From positions 41,478,001-41,542,000 of the forward strand of contig NC_043015.1 in the NCBI RefSeq assembly GCF_006345805.1: a stretch of 64,000 bases of DNA, given 5' to 3'. Source of the DNA: Octopus sinensis. Its lineage: Eukaryota. How positions within the stretch are numbered: position 1 is the first letter of the stretch; each line of letters starts with the position of its first letter. Under the pieces are notes generated by a model that worked only from the letters and a program-made list of their open reading frames with translations, did no database searches and was not told the DNA's origin. This document shows, in pieces, positions 63,342 to 64,000 of this stretch. A program made the position numbers and the translations under genes.

Positions 63342-63504
63342 GAAGCCACTCAGAACAGCATGATGGATCTGGAGATTGCAGATTATGAACGCACTGTCAA
63401 ATCCCTTCAGGACCAACTTGGTGAAAAGGATAACAAACTCACCGAACTCACAAATGATGTCAAACATTGTGAAGAACGCATTAAAACTCTGCAAAAAGAA
63501 GTTG
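63342..63504 (+). CDS. GCC2: GCC2-like exon EATQNSMMDLEIADYERTVKSLQDQL...LQKEV(G); gene continues beyond window
   Basis: aatttcag acceptor, G|gttagt donor (phase 1). MMDLEIADYER closely matches GCC2 LMNMEIADYER (recalled), the strongest orthology evidence here. Confidence 0.92.
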
Positions 63505-64000
63505 GTTAGTTGGCTTTTAATTAACACTTTCCCAGTAATTCTGCTCTAATGACCGATCTATTCTTGTTGACCAATCTTTTTTCACTTTGGCCAGATTTTA
63601 ACATTAAGGTTCCACTGTTTAATAAAGGCACCTGTCCTCATTTCTGTATGGAGTGTCAGGAATGGTATGGCATTGGCTCCATTGTGCCATTGAGTATCAG
63701 AAACCTCCCTAGGGCACTGGTTCTATTATTTAGTGAATTTAACTGGATTGTAAATTAAGTACCAGTGATGTAATTGACTAGTCCCCTCCTGCCATATTAC
63801 AGGCCTTGTGCCCATAGCAGAAAAGATTATTATTATTGAGTGAGAGAGAAGCGCATGCCATCAAAGTGAGACTGGGGTAAAATATACGAAGCCCAGTGTA
63901 CCCATCATGACTACCTGTCTGATAAGGGTACACCAGGCACATGCATCACAACCATATGTGCGTGACATGGTGATCTCATATCAAGATAAACTGCGCATGA

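Overview
AT-rich animal genomic DNA dense in microsatellites and SINEs. The repeat families look like those of Octopus (coleoid cephalopod); this is recognition from memory, not a database result. The window holds most of one + strand spliced gene for a very long coiled-coil golgin, best matching GCC2 (GCC185). I traced 12 coding exons with GT-AG boundaries from 17215 to 63504, including a 3906-nt exon with an internal 348-bp tandem duplication. The start-codon exon(s) were not identified, and the C-terminal GRIP domain is expected beyond the window end. Introns and the upstream region are filled with tRNA-derived SINEs, RTE-tail repeats, TTAA-flanked piggyBac-type MITEs, decayed Tc1/mariner elements, LINE fragments (RTE, R4/Dong-like, HERO-like), Penelope-like ends with hammerhead-like motifs, minisatellites and four long foldback palindromes. 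Almost all short ORFs in the track are microsatellite or SINE artefacts. There is no CRISPR, rRNA or true tRNA. I cannot demonstrate a wholly new system. The best leads are a tRNA-head plus hammerhead-like composite element, phase-0 heptad-sized exon modules, the recent stalk duplication in the golgin, and a possible intronic polyadenylation isoform ending in a hydrophobic tail. SINE boundaries are approximate (about 10-20 bp).
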